Part shown: positions 1 to 14,310 of the stretch, piece by piece
Layout: each line of letters starts with the position of its first letter
Numbering within the stretch: position 1 is the stretch's first letter
Assembly (NCBI GenBank): GCA_053919585.1
Contig: CM132807.1
DNA length: 64,000 nucleotides
Direction: 5' to 3' (one strand)
Source: Euprymna scolopes
Taxonomy: Eukaryota
The notes under the pieces: model-generated
The model's input: the letters and a program-made list of their open reading frames with translations, nothing else
Told to the model about the DNA's origin: nothing
Databases searched by the model: none
Translations under genes and position numbers: made by a program

Positions 1-679
1 CTTAACTATGCGATCACAGTAATGCAATAACAAGTCCTGTTGATGAAATATTTGTTCGTTAAATCTATGCATTGCATGATTCGATAGACATATTTGCGAA
101 TTCAACATCTGTCGAAACCTAGGAATAGCTATCCTTATAATCTAAGTAACGCACTGAATGCCAATTGTATCCCGAGTTTTGCCAGTATTGAGAAATAAAC
201 TTTCAAACTTAAAAATGTAGCTTACAATGTATTTTCAAGTACTTATTCCACTACGCCACTGATATTGAGGCGAAGCTTAAAATACAATTTTAGAACTATC
301 CAGCCATCAGAGGTAAGCCCCTGCATACTCGAGCGTTACTTAGAAATTCTGTGCTGATTCCTGAGTTGCTCAGCTTGACTTCAAAGTGTGAGAAGATACA
401 CCTGAAGAAAATCGGTGAATGTATCGATCTGAACGTTGTGACTATAAACCAAAATGATTTTTGCCTATAAAACGGGTATAGTAGTCGATATAAAGCAAGA
501 TTTGGAACCTTTTTAAGCACTTATGACAATATTTAGTCGATAAAATTTACATTACACTTAAATATTTTAATCTGTAAGACAAATTTTCCAGATATAAGAA
601 CCCTCAACTGCTGTCGTCTAAATATTTTATATACTTTTAGTTTTTAGGTTTATTAGGTCTGGCAAATTAACATAGATAC

Positions 680-960
680 ACTAGCAGATACCCGCGCTTT
701 GCGCTCGGTCACGGAAGGCTACAGTGAAGTTAAGACCAAACTACTATTTAATTAAAAATAGGGTTCACCATCCCTAGCTCGAAGATATCATAATTGCTCT
801 AGATGTGTTGGTTGTAGTAGATTGTATATACGTAGCCTTTGAAGTTAAACTTAAAATGGTGTGCATCATTGCAAGGTAGGGATAGACATCATGCCAGATT
901 TTGTCGTAATCGATCCAATGATTTGGGCTGTTGTAAACATACGGACGTTATATATATATA
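680..960 (-). mobile_element. Non-autonomous Helitron-like element
   Basis: Begins ACTAGCAGATACCCGCGCTTTGCGCTCGG, the reverse complement of a GC hairpin plus CTAG|T 3' terminus. Ends in ACATACGGACG(TA)n, the usual 5' end layout of these elements. Confidence 0.5.
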
Positions 961-3079
961 TATTTGTGTGTATACATGTTTGTTATCGAAGAGTATATTA
1001 ACAGAAATGAACTTATATTAGACGTAAAATCTTTAATAAAATATCAGGAAAGAGTTAACTGTAGCTTTATATTACTAGAACAGTAAGTCTGGCGCGCATT
1101 CGAAATGGAAAACCAGATGTTTATTCAATCCAACTACACAATTAAAACAGATGAATGTCTGGATATAAAACAAATAAACTCTTAAACTACTGATCACAAA
1201 ACTAACAGTAAATAGTTATTTTACCCTGTCTTATTAGTAAAATGTTTGAATAGACAGCGTGTACAAGCATATATCGAAAAGTTGAAATGGGGGGGTGTTC
1301 ATATCAGCGGCTTGCATATGTTACGTTCTGCACACCCTCCAAACTAATTCATTTCATGTTGATAAATATGAACGTTTGTCTTTAAAGAACATGTGGAAAA
1401 TGCGGCGAAAATAAATCTTTTAGCTTAGATTCAAGCTGATGCCACAATTTTTTTGTACTTCGAAATTATGCCTTTGGATGAATAAATATAGGATTTGCAT
1501 GAATGGTTATATATTTTAATTCATTCAAACCTAGCGACATTGGCTAATGTTTAAGAGGTTGGTATAATCTTTTTGCATTTTAAATTTTTTTAACGAAATA
1601 TTTATTTGCAGAAAATCTCGCGATACTACACAATTCTTTTTAAAATCGTACTTTTAAAACTTGCGTGAGCCGGGACAATTCTACATACAGATTGAAAAAG
1701 GCGTACTTGCCTTAATATGAAGTTCCTGCCTTTGTTTTCTAATTTTCCACTAATAGGTAAATATAGCTCGAGATTCAAAACTGTAAATATTTAGCCTAGC
1801 CTTACGTTAATGTAATTTAAATTTCTCCTGTCCCCTGTAAATAACTTTCTTTTCTCTAAGTAATTGTCCTTCTCAAAACTTTACCTGTATTGTAATTTGT
1901 TTCTAGAATTTTTTCTCATTCAATAATCAATTTGAGCTGCATATCTTTTAAATATGCGAACTACTTATGGTAATCATTACTTGACTAGACTAAAAAAAAA
2001 ATTCAAACAAGTTTACGCATGCGTGCCTTAATTTTTTTTTAATAAATTTTATAAAGTATGACGACATAGTGTTCGTAACTACCTAAATATTAAAACTAAT
2101 TCATTTTAAATTTTGCAATTTTCGTAATACAGTTTAAGCTTTAAAATGAATGAATTAATGATATCCCTAATCACTGAATGATATTAACATTTAAATAGAA
2201 TTTATCTTATTCAATATATCTAAAGGTTTTTTTTGGGGGGGGGGCTAATGTCGGATTTCTGCGTATTTTTTTTTTTTTTACTTCAAGTAATACGTAAATA
2301 TGGCTCGGGATTAGAAAAAAAATTCTATATTAAGCTGTTATTTCCCTTTTAATTAGCTCCTTTACTCATTTTTCGAAATGAGTTTGCTTTATTTCAAATA
2401 AAACTTCCCTTAACTTTCAAATATTTTTCTGTAAGGAAATTGGAATTTATAAACTGCAGAAGTACAAATTAACTATACAATTACATTTCTTTAAATTTAT
2501 AGATTAGGTAAACAAATACAGGTATATGCCATTTAAATAATTGGTCGCTGTCCCAGAAAAATGAAATACCGTTTCGACATTTCAACAAATAGAAGATATT
2601 TTTGTATTCCATTTTCTTAATATAAATTTTAAGTAAACATTTCCTACTTAAACCGATCAATTTCTTCCTGTATCTGATATAAAAAAAAACAAAATAAATG
2701 CAGTAACATTGGCATTATAAATGCAAATATATAAAAAGTGACTTTAATTTCAGTGAATAGTTTTCAGAAACGTAATAACTCCATTCGACTAAGTACTCAA
2801 TTTTCGTCTGCAAATATTGTCGGCTCAAAAACTTATACGAGACAGCAGCCACTTTTTCAAACATAAACAGAAAACCGCTTGCTAATTTTACTTAAGTCAA
2901 TAAAATTTCAATTTGCTCGAAGTTAAATTTTATAAAGGTTGATTATCAACTCCGTGACTGTTTAAGAGATAAACGGCACTGGGCAATTCCTTAAAATATT
3001 GTAAGTAAATTCCTTTTTTTTTTTGTATCCGGAATCCTTCACCCGAACTTCATATTTACTGTAGTTGGACCTATTTTAT

Positions 3080-4430
3080 TTCCACTATTCTGAGGCATCT
3101 GAACCTGGCGGCATTATTAGTGCCCAAAAAGCTTAAATCGAAACTACTTACACACCTGTTTAAACGTTGTCTTAGAAATTGCGTCCCAACGCCCTGGGAA
3201 ATCTCATCAGTATGCCCCGTATTTAAGAATTAAAGTGATCTCCCTCTCGGTACAGACTAAGTTTCCTGCGCGTCATAAGTCTTAAATAGTAGTCAACCAC
3301 CTCGAAAAATGATTTTATGGGCATGAAATATGGTTTCCGTTCTACTAGATCGAAAGGAAATGTGCTTACGCTTCTCACAGGATTAGCGAACCTCTATGGA
3401 GGTTGCTTTTCTAGGTCAATTGGCCTTACCCTAATCAAACCCTTTTGATATGTCGTGCCATAAGTGTCTACTTCACAATATCATAAACTACGGTATAGCT
3501 GAGAATGTCTTAATTATTAAATCTTTCACTGATGTTCATACTAGTGGGTTATGGGAAGATTCAGAAGCTCAACAGTATTAATGTTGGAGTTCCCTAGGGG
3601 CCAATCTTGGGTCCCACTCGCTTCATCTGCATTAATGATCTTTTAAATTGTTATTCATAGACATTTATGCTGACGACACTAACATATATGGCATCACATC
3701 AAACGCTGTAAACGACAGTTCCCTCTTAGTCTCTATGATCTTGAGCACGTGGTAGAATGGTGAAAAGGATAAATGGATAGCTTTCATCGTAGGGGAGACT
3801 CGATCTATCGACAATCTTCGGGGTTAGATCTTTACTCCTGATCCAAAATGGAACACTCGCACCAAATTCATTGCCAAGGTCACTGGAAACATGGTGGATA
3901 ACTTCTATGCTGATGCTATGTGCTACCTATATTATGGCCAGATACGTCCGAGGATTGAGTAGTGTTGCAACATCTAAGCAAGAGCTGTTATAGACCGTAT
4001 CGTGCCTTATATTCAAAATAAACTTCGTAGCATAGATGTCGTTTTCTCTTCCCCGCCACCTCGTTACAAGCCTCTTTATCGTTATTTCAACGGTAAATGC
4101 TCATATGAGCTTCAATCTATAACACCCCGCCCCTCGCCAATTATTCCTGAGAAACGCATGTCTAGCTAAAATCACTATCAATTTCCCCCACGTACCTCTG
4201 CCTAACCTTAAACGTAGATTTCATGAACAAAACTTAGAACTGCACACCTGTTAAACTTCCTTCCGTTTGCCTGCTTCCCAACTGACTACAATATGGCAAT
4301 CTTAAACAGGTTCTTGCTGAGCCGTTTTACTTTAAATAATAGAACTTACCAAATTTCAACTATAGATAACGTTGTCACAGCTACTACCTCAAGGTGCCTC
4401 TGGGTCTTGATAAGTGATTTTTTTTTAAAT
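3080..4430 (+). mobile_element. Decayed CR1-group LINE (family A), RT region to 3' end
   Basis: Colinear with the 57100-57700 and 59210-59980 copy. Relics include GGAGTTCCCTAGGGG (GVPQG), GACATTTATGCTGACGAC (DIYADD) and GAGTAGTGTTGCAACATCT (EYCCHIW). Many indels. Confidence 0.8.
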
Positions 4431-4919
4431 GTAAAAAAGACTGCAATAAGTGGTTCATCTTTAACACGAAATGCATTCCTTTGGAATCGGCAGTTTTATT
4501 CGGTCAAGACTATTGCTATTTAAAACGTGATATGAAAATCCAGCACTTCAATACTACCTGGAACAGCAATTTGATCAGTATTTCCTTTCCATTGGCAATT
4601 GTTCAGTAACATTGAATAGATCTTCAATTTCACAAATTACCATGTGGCTAGATCGCAAATTTAATTAAGTTCTCATTTTTTTTAATTTTTATTGATATTG
4701 CTAAATATTTCCTTAATGTATACCGTTTAATCTTGACATAAAATAATACTTTTCTCTTCAATTAAAATATATTTAAGAGTGAACAGGGTTAGACAGGTTG
4801 AACCTTATTAAAGATATGACTGTAGAAATTCCTGTTTAATTTTTAACCGCTTGAATACAAAATCATGACCTGATATCGAAGGGAAAAGTTTGAGTGATAT
4901 TAAATCGTGATTAATTTAA

Positions 4920-5734
4920 CTGCGGAGTTGTAAATGGTAAACAATAATTGTGTTTAATACTAACGATTTGGAAGCCATAAGAACAAGGGAAGTCCAGGAA
5001 AAACAGGTTCTCCCTTTTCTTTTTTTGTACATGCAGTTATATTCCAAGCGCTTACACTTCGCAATAATTGGTTTCGCCATGTTTAAAGCTCAAGGACAAA
5101 GCCTCAAAAGAGCTGGACTTTATTTTCAGACACCTTGCTTTTTTTTTTCATTGCCAGTTATGTTGGTTACTAAAGCATTCAGCTGTTTGAAAGACATCTA
5201 CCTTTGCATACTGTTCGAGGTCACACTCGATGTTTATGTAATGCTTATGTAATGCCTCTTAAAATTAATTCTAGTTGCATTAACCAGTGTTATATATGCA
5301 CTGCTTGAAACTGAACTTTAATTTCATTGAACGATTAGATTAATCTATTATGAATCCCACTTTTCTATTTAAATGTATGTTTGTAGCTGCCTAAAACCTT
5401 AGGGGCAACATTTTCACGAGATCGGAATTTTGTAGGTCTACCCTTTGGAGGATAAATATCAAGATAGACTAAAAATATTAATTACTTCGCTCAACTGGAA
5501 CGTTCTATAGGGAGGTATATTTTTTCTTTGTCGATCTTTTCGAAATGCATCCTCTTTGATTGTATGGCATCAATTGTAACCTACATCACTTCCAGTTTGG
5601 CGATAGACGCACCTGTAAAGACAGACATTACGTTCTTTACTCGTTCGCGGCACGGGTTCGAGCCTGCATGCCTAATAGCACTTTTCCCCAACGTACTCCA
5701 ATCAACGGGGCAACGCCGGGCACCCAGGATATAG
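4920..5734 (+). mobile_element. Helitron relic: PIF1-type helicase C-terminal motifs plus 3' hairpin
   Basis: ORF 4950-5252 contains KRLHFAIIGFAMFKAQGQSLKRAGLYFQTPCF, matching the Helitron helicase consensus FAMTINKSQGQSL..GL.L..PVF. A degenerate terminal hairpin CGGGGCAACGCCGGG lies at ~5706-5720. Confidence 0.65.
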
Positions 5735-5795
5735 ATATGTACAAATTAAATAATTAAAGCAAGTTAATATTAACTATGCTATAAAATATTTGCAA

Positions 5796-6740
5796 TTTTT
5801 CTTGATCTACATCAATGATCTCCCAAAACACATAATAAAATCATTCGTTGAAATCTATGATGACACGACTATGGCAACACATCAAGGGCCGTAAATGGAA
5901 ACGATCTCTCTGATTCTCTCTCCTCAGATCTTGAGCGCGTGTTTCGGTGGGAGAAGAGGTTGCTGGTTACCTTTGATGCGTCGAAGACCAAGCTCCTATC
6001 ATTACATCATAAACGCTCTGATCCCCATCTGGCATCGATTGAAATGAATGGCTCTCGTCTAGGGGAGGCCCCATGTTTTGATCAGCTTCTGGGTTTAACC
6101 TTTACTCCTGGTCTGAAATGGAACACATGCATCATGTCTGTGGCCAAGGTCGCTGGGAAAATCGACTCCTTCTACCGCTCCAGAAGATTTAACTAATGAT
6201 GCCATTCTCTAAGTATAAAAGCCAAGTACGTCTAAGGAGTACTGCTGCCACATCTGGGCAGGAGCTGCTAAAAAGTCTATGCTGCCTTGACAGACCACAA
6301 AATAGATTTCATGGTTTGGTGGGGGATGACCTTTTCTCTTCCCTGCAACCTCTCCCACAGAAGAGGCGTTGTGAGCCCCTGTTTTATCGTTAATTACATG
6401 GTAAGTGCTCGTCTTAGCTCCATTCTATTCCCCCCTCGCCAATGTTTCACGAAAAACTCCAGACTAGCTGAAACCAGTCAATATTTTCCCCACTCTTTAT
6501 CCGTGCCTAAATCAAAACGTAGATTCCATGAACAAAGCTTATTTCTCAGAACTGCACGGCTGTGGAACTCTCTTCCGCTTGCCTGCCCCCCCGAATTTTA
6601 CTTGGATGTCTTAAAGTCCAACACAAATTCCTGATGAACCGCCCCCTTAATAATGACACCTTATCAAATCCCCAATACTAACTATTACTAAGATACTATC
6701 CCACTGATTAGTGTACACACAATAACCCAATGTAAAAAGA
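5796..6740 (+). mobile_element. 5'-truncated CR1-group LINE (family A)
   Basis: ORFs 5939-6196, 6196-6393 and 6287-6634 give W...LVTFDASKTKLL, LLGLTFTPGLKWN, YKSQVR and RTARLWNSLP, i.e. the late RT region and C-terminus. Confidence 0.85.
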
Positions 6741-7043
6741 CAATCTTAAACAAGAACAGGATTAGAACTACTAGCGATACCTCTATAAAATAAAACGCAC
6801 TGTACTGTTCCTACCTGATTGGATGTGAGGATCCATTATCAATATTTTGTTTAATCAATTTGATCCATGAGTACAGAATGTTAAAATATATCAAATGCAA
6901 CGTGGAAACGCCGGATATTTTAGTTAGGATCAAAATTTATTGTACACAATGGTTATGTATAATACAATTTGCATAATATTGTATTGCGGACTACTTCCCG
7001 TTTCATTCGGTAACGCGGTGTATCAAATTCATTTAGTCCCATT

Positions 7044-7058
7044 CCCGTGCAACACGGG
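7044..7058 (+). repeat. Helitron-type 3' terminal hairpin relic
   Basis: CCCGTG-CAA-CACGGG is a perfect stem-loop of the same type as the other Helitron ends in the window. The terminal CTAG is degenerate. Confidence 0.35.
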
Positions 7059-10000
7059 TCTTACTGCCTGCAGGTAACTTCATACAGTTTTAGACGCCTA
7101 AAAATCGCATCCCAACTGGAAATGTTTTGCTACCTTTACTGTATTTTCTGTCTAATTCTTAAATGATTAGAAAAAAATAATCGAGTAGACGTTTAGTTAC
7201 AAATACACCCCCTTTTTTCGTTAGTTTTATTACATATAATTTTACGTGCTTTTATGACCAGAGGATTTGTCTCTCGCCCAGGAGTAATACCACTACCTCT
7301 GCTATTGTCAATAGCCAATAGGCAAATTGACTTTTATATCTTAAATTGTTCGCGTCGATGCTCCTTTGGAACCTTCGTGTTTACGTGAGAAAACATTTCA
7401 ATGAGATTATATTTATACAAATGTTTGGCTTCATAAGTATGGATAACATTGTACGTCATTGCGTGGTGTTTTATTTCTAGCAATGTCTTCCTTTCTTTAC
7501 GTTCGCCCTCTTGTATATGCATATTGATTTCAATTCCAGTAAAGTGCGATATTTCTATGATTTCAGTGTGGCTGAAATAACACATTAACTGATATTTGCT
7601 TTAAGCTGTGCGTGTTTGAATGTTTGGCTAGACAATACTCGATCAGTTCAATTCAGATTAATCATGCTTAATCGTCGGTCATTCAGTTATTATTGATCCG
7701 TAAAGATGCACTCGGACCAATGTTTGAGGAAACTTCAAATGAAATAAATAACATTTTAAATGAAAATATGAAAATAACATGCCTTGGTGCAAGTTTAATT
7801 TCTAATTAATCGGCTGAGGAAAAATTACACACTGAACATATTTTAAATGGCTGCCTTACCTTTTTGGAAAAGGTAGTCATTTCCATGACTAACGGCATGG
7901 GCTATCGACCCGATTGTTCAAGTCCATTTCATTCAATAAAATCACTCGTAAGGTTAACATAAACCTGGTCCGTTACTTAATACATTGTTCTGTTTTCCAA
8001 ATTTTAATTACAAAAAATATCAAATAAATGCTGAAAATCTAATCTTCGGATTGACAAATGAACAGAATGCAATTATTCGAATTTTACTTACAGGAAGTTG
8101 AGTGATTTTTTTTTTCTTATATATAAAAGATGAGCCTTGTGCATGTAATCTGGAAATTTTAATTCTTGCGTTTCACTATGAAGTTATGTAATGTCCTTAT
8201 TTGTATTGGGTTAGTACACAAACAATATCGTGTTCTCACATGTTACTTTTACGACTTTTTATATTGATTCATTGATATATATATATAAATAACCATGTTA
8301 CAAAAAATGTAATTCTATTTTATCCCGAACAATGCACAGCTGCCGCTTCTATAAACGGTTCTATCGGAGAAAAAATTACATGGATAATATAAGTAGTTGA
8401 GCATCAATGTCTGTTCAAATTGCACTTCGACTTCTGCGTGTCAGTTCAGTTTAGAAGCTGGCAATAAAACAATTGGAATAGGCTTTCATACATTTAGGAA
8501 TGTTTACTCTGATGTGGCTGCCATCTTGGTTACTGATCTGAACTACGCTGCCATCTTTGTTCAAGACAATGTCTCAAAACTTGACATTTTTTAAATTAAT
8601 TTATTGGAAACAAATCCTATTCCGGTTTAATAGGCTTTTCCAACATCGCGTTTCATGGAAGCATGAAATTCACAAGCTGGCCCTAGTCGCCTGTATATTC
8701 CCGTGTGTAAATATTATTTTTTTACTACACCTCATACTACGCCTGGAATTGCCAAATTAGTCACCCAGATCGTACTGACCAGGGTCGATTGTGACTGTCG
8801 CTGATCTAACAACTACCTGTGTCTATATGAAATCGTTAAATTACAATCATCCGATAAATATCCAATTAGTTTCGTTACAAGAATAAACCTTGGATTCTCA
8901 CTGCTACTGTAAAATGAAACCATTTAAAGCCCTTACAGTATCTCGTATTATATAAAAGGAAGTGGGCGTTTTCCATATTCCAATGTATACGCAGTTTTCT
9001 AGAATTTTACGTGCTTTTCTGCCTGGCAATTCTTACATTTTGTATCAAATGTTTTACCTAGGTTAGTCGAATTTACTTTTGTCTGCGGCAGTTGCAAAAT
9101 AAAAGCGTTAAACTCACGTGTTATAATGAAACGACGCCGTTGGAGATTAACAAAAACGGTTTTTTTTTCTGTGGAATTCGCTATTTCAATTTCCAATTGT
9201 AGTGGATTCTGGTTTAGAGCAAACAAATCGGTGACCTTAAAACAATGTGATACTGTGAGAAAATGTCTCAAGTAAAAAAAAAATCTCTATTTAAAATCCG
9301 TCGAATGTTTATACAAAGTTTCTAAATATACCAATGTAAAGGAATATGCGTCATTTCGCAATAGATTTTAGTAGAATTGCGGGAATTTAACTATAATCTT
9401 CAAGTATATACATTGCTTTTAACGATCGTGTAAACACAATCGTATATGCATGCAACCAACACTAAGAAATTTTGTCAATTGTGTGTATTTATATGAAGCT
9501 CACAGATAAGTGTGGACCAGTGTTAAAATCACTCTTTAGCGTCGTATATAGATTCTCCCAGTCATATCGTCCTGACGTACACGTTGAGTTCTACGCTAAC
9601 ACGGCTCACGTAAATCGCGAGTGTTCAGCGCCAGAACCTTTGTAGTAGTTTGGTTTACTTTTTTTTTTTTCTTCATCCTTGGGAGACGGATGCCGTCGCA
9701 CAAAGACCCAAAGAATTAATCAACATGGCAAAATAAACTCTTTCCATATTGATCTGCGTCGATTTTCTTGAAAGTGAAATAAAGATATAAAATACAATAA
9801 GCGTTTTTGGTTCCTGATTTCCCTTCAAATACAGTTTAATTTCAGATGGACCAAAATCAACGAAGCAGAAAAAAATAAGTGATGTCAAAAAGCCATGGGA
9901 CACATGCATATGAACATTTAGAACACAGACTGCAACAAACTAAGTAAGGGTTCAAATAGTGAAAACGCACTATTTAGTGACATGTACACACATTCGGTTG

Positions 10001-10549
10001 AACTCTCCGCCACGGGTACACATCTATGTAGGTTGGTTCCCCATTACACAACAGTAGTGGAAAAGCCGTCAAATCTTACATTTAATGGCACATAGGTAAA
10101 TTTCAAGACTCCCTTTTATTCTGCTGATGCTGAAATTTGCTATGAAAGGCATAAAGGGGTTTGACGATAACCATTAAATTTATCAATTGTTTAATAAACA
10201 GGGTAATTATTAATCTTTACTTCGTGAAAATCCTCCTTGATCATACAACTTGCGACAATACGAGGTGAAATGCACATTGCAATTGAGCTAAAAAAATGAA
10301 ACCAATGGAAAATGAATATAACAGCAGATAAAAAGACAAAGTATCAAAACGAATTTTATGGGTTACTGCGCCAAGTATTTGACCCTCTCTTTATCTTTCC
10401 TCACAAAAGATGGTTATTGTCATTAAGAATCCAGAAAAGACATGTAATAGATGGGAACACTTTACTGATGTTTAACAATCCCTCAGTGGGTTTTAATACA
10501 ATTGACAACCCACCACAATGTTTTGTACTCAGAATTTATAGTTTGTCTT

Positions 10550-12100
10550 GATGCAATGCAGTTGGATTTTTGCAAAAATCTGCGGTGGCAAGGAATCTAA
10601 CTTGGATATTCGTTCGGTAGAAACACCAGAGTAGTGTTTATATTGCTGATGCTGATTGGCTTTGATCTGGGCAGGTGCTTCTGTTCCACATGATTGGATT
10701 GATGGTTTTGGTGTCTGTTTAAAGTGTAGAACAGTTTGAAACAACTACCGTGGGATCACACTGTTGGTAGCGACAGGGAAAATTCTCGCACGACATCTAT
10801 TAAAGTTACTTGAAGGTGTATGTCCTAATGCTGTTTCAGAGTCACTAAGAAACTTTAAATCTGGCACCGGGACTATGGATATTATTTCCCAGCCCAATAA
10901 GTCAATGAAATTCATTTAGCAGCAGCTGCCACGCTATCAAGTGTTTGATCTGATTAAAACATCAGGTGTAATCTTTGGTATGAAGACACCTTACGTTTGA
11001 ATTATTAATATTCATAGTTGCACACAGGCAGGAACTCGGTCTTCTTTAATGGAAAATTGTCTAATGATATCTCGGGTGTCAATGTGATATCCCTGTTCCT
11101 ACTGTTTTCTAGATACTTTTGCTGCTCTACTTGCTCATGCTTTTTTTCAGGATTGCAATAACGGTGAAATATGTAGTTCATACTAAAGGTGGCATATTTA
11201 ATCTTAGGTTTAATGCCAGAATCAAGCTGCATCATGTCTTAAGGAGACGCTGTATGCAGACGATGCTGTTTTTTTTTGGGGGGGGGTTGAATACTGAGGC
11301 TGCTATTCAGTATATAATGGATCAGTTTGCTGACATCTGCATTGCATTTAGTCTACAAAGCAGTAAAATAAAGTGGGGATCACTCCTGCACCGGCCTAGT
11401 GAAACGCACAGCTGAACATCATGGTGTGGTGCTAGGCTAGTTGTCTATTTTATTTGTCTACCTTAGTTTCTGTCAAAGTATAGCTCCCTTGCACCGAAAT
11501 CCAAATTCAAAATGGCTGCTGTAGTATTTTTAAATTTGAAGAATAGTATGCTCTGACCGTGGCATCACACAGGAAAAGGATCTAGGTTAGCAATGGGTGT
11601 GATAACCGTTGTTGTATTACTCCGAGACATGTACAAAATTACACTAAATGGTTTGAACGATGTCACTCATAAACGCTTGACTGGTAGCTTAATCTAGTGA
11701 CCAGCACAAATACCCGACACTGAAGTCCAAGTCAGAGGATCTTGCCCTAGTGTTGAGACGCTTGTAAATAGATCTCGCATGCGTTGGATGATCCGTGTAG
11801 TCTGTATGTTTTTAATGGGGAGCTGGAAAATGGCAAGCGCCCTCAACATAAACCTAGGAAGCGGTCCAGGAACTGTACAAAGAACAAATGGAAAGTCCCG
11901 ACAATCAAAATCGATACGTGGGAAGAACTTATTCTGCCAAAGCCGAAGTAGCGTAAACTTTTTGAAAGTTGTAATACGAGAGTAAAGAAAGCAGACGATA
12001 GCAGATTTGCAAGGGTTTAATTGATGGTCTTTACCATGACACAGCTGAAAATATGGCCCTTTTGCTTCTGTCAAATTGGCTACGTAAACGACGTCACTAG
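10550..12100 (+). mobile_element. Decayed RTE-clade (BovB-like) LINE ORF
   Basis: Cross-frame motifs: SES..FKSGTGTMDII (PESQCGFR.GRGT.D), FAALLAHAF, GGIFNLRFNA, LYADD at 11253-11264, IPDTEV, SVETLV.RSRMRW and GEL.NGKRP.HKPRKR. Confidence 0.8.
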
Positions 12101-12699
12101 TTAAGTCACAACTCCTGTTTAGGTAAACTATTCTTATTAGTCCTAATCAGTGTGCCAATCTGCTGCAGGTTTCATAAGACATATGATCGTTTATTAGAAT
12201 ACTTTTCAGCCTCCATAGAAAGTGAATTCGTTTGAAATTACTCAATTTGCATGCCACATCTCATTCAAAATGTGACAAATCTGCGGCGGGACTGCAGAAT
12301 CATTTAAGATGTCATTAACGAGATGGGAAAACTGAATGACGGGATCATCTGGAAAGATACATCAACCGTGTGTGTGAAAAGTGCCTCAGAATCCGTAATG
12401 TTTCTCCCTGGTACTTTATCACTTGATGACACTCTTAATGCAGAATAGACAGAATCAGAAAACATTAAACGCTTTTGGTTACAAAATAAACTGATCTGAT
12501 GGTAATCTAACCAATGTTAAAAAACGTATTGTCACTACTACTCGAGGCTTCTGAAATATTGACCTTTGATCACGTGGACAGCCTGAGAAGTTTCAACAGC
12601 ATTGCCCTTGGAACATTTTGTTTCAAATGTGACAATTTCCTCCTTGATACTGTCTAAAACGAAGGCCAAAACAACCAATATTGCTACCATTGTTAGTAA

Positions 12700-13000
12700 G
12701 AATCAGATGCGTTAGTGGGTAATTTTTACAGCTTGATGACTACCGACTCCCAAAAGTTTTGGTCCTGGATATGACCTTAAACTATATTCAGTAGCGAGGT
12801 CCCAGCTTGCGGGCTTTGGGGAGTGTAAAGCCACCCTTTTATTTCCATTGCTCCCAGGTCCACTTTGTCCCGGAGTGGTAGTACCTGTTAGGGTCCCAAT
12901 CATGGGTTAAATAGAATCCGACTTGAAAACAAATATTCAATTAAAAAAATATTTCTTAAATCCTTATATTCGGCATTAAATAACTTGAAAAGTTTTATGG
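12700..13000 (+). mobile_element. SINE-like interspersed repeat, copy 1
   Basis: Core GTCCTGGATATGACCTTAAACT...CCATTGCTCCCAGGTCCAC...CCCGGAGTGGTAGTACCTGTTAGG recurs at 27505-27760. It resembles an abundant mollusc/octopus SINE (recalled, not searched). Confidence 0.7.
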
Positions 13001-13129
13001 TGAGCTGCTTCCTGGCTAACACATCCCAAAAATGTTTTCGTGATAGGATAATGGAGTTTGAACTTCATTTTCCTGTTGACAGGTGGGAACATCTTATGTC
13101 TGATCGCAAGCAGTAGAGGGCACTCGTAT

Positions 13130-14310
13130 ACAGGGGCTAAGAGCATTTAGAACGGCCAAGATTTAAAAATTATTTTGTATCGCTATTTTAGAGGAAAGTT
13201 TATCCTGTGAATACATTTGTTCGCTACTCCTCTCCAACAATTTAATAGATGTAGGGGTTCTTTAAAATATAAGCACATTTTTATGAAGTCATAATCTACA
13301 TGAATCGTATAAGATCTACATGTGTTAGCTTCTCTTACTATTTTCCATTCGAGTATCAGCTAACGCCACTTTGAGTTCCCAGTATTTGTTTGATAGTTTT
13401 CGGTGTTTTATTTGAATGTATTTTGTGATAATATCGGGTTTTGAAATCTAAGCAAACCATACCTAGGTAATATTGCTTGTTATTCGAGTATTCTTTCGCA
13501 AATATCGTGGTCTGGTAAAGTATGCATTTGGTTGGATATTTATTTTCAAGTGGATAAAGTGTGCGGGATCTGCAGTTGCACTTTTGTTCGTATTAGTAAT
13601 TTTCTCTTCCTTTCTATCATGGTTGCCGTTGCCCGGAGTTTTATTTCTACTAGTGTCATTTGCGTTAGTTCTTTTCATGGTGTCCACTTTTTAAAATGTG
13701 TGCATTAAGTTTATTTTATGTAGTTGAATTATCCCCTTTAAATTTGTGCAGACGCTATATGACAGATTATTTTTGAAAATTCTGTTTGAGGGATTGGTTA
13801 CGGGAAGCTTTTCGATGTAGAAATGTATTGCCAACTTTTAACATTTGAGAGTATGGCGCTGTATACCAGATTATATATCTTCTATTTTATTAGTGGTTTG
13901 TTGCTTATATTTGGTATCAATATTTTTTGTATTCTCTATTTTGTAGGGCTGTTTCGTAGATATAGATTGGCCTGTTAAATGCATTTTCATCGCTCGAGTT
14001 ATTGTTGAGTCTACTTACGATCGAGTTAGGAATCTGTTTTGTAATTGATTGTGGGCGATTAGACTTATAGTTTACGTCTATTGGATTAGCGTTCTTTTCA
14101 GTAGGATCCATGTTTTCATCTAAATACACCGTGCCGTCTAGGAAGTTTGTTATTTTTAAGGCCTACGTTCATTTCCTTGACTTTGTTGGAGTTTTCTATT
14201 ATAGCTAGTTCATCTCTATAGGCCGATATCCGTAGTATCAAATATGCTGGTGAAGGTATATAGAATGAATCTCACAAGATCAGATGCCTTTGCAGAATCC
14301 AAGACACACG
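13130..14310 (-). mobile_element. Decayed Penelope-like retroelement (RT thumb + GIY-YIG), Naiad-type
   Basis: Minus-strand motifs: YRDELAI (YRDD), KSNRPQSITKQIPNSIVSRLNNNSSDENAFN, linker KCNCRSRTLYPLENK, GIY-YIG-like ILYQ...YYLG..FKTRY, and C-terminus CRL*L...LLN....NKCIH. Confidence 0.8.

Noticed and set aside
13000-13180. SECIS element downstream of the Penelope ORF
   Set aside because: I could not fold a convincing AUGA/GA kink-turn stem with apical AA by eye.
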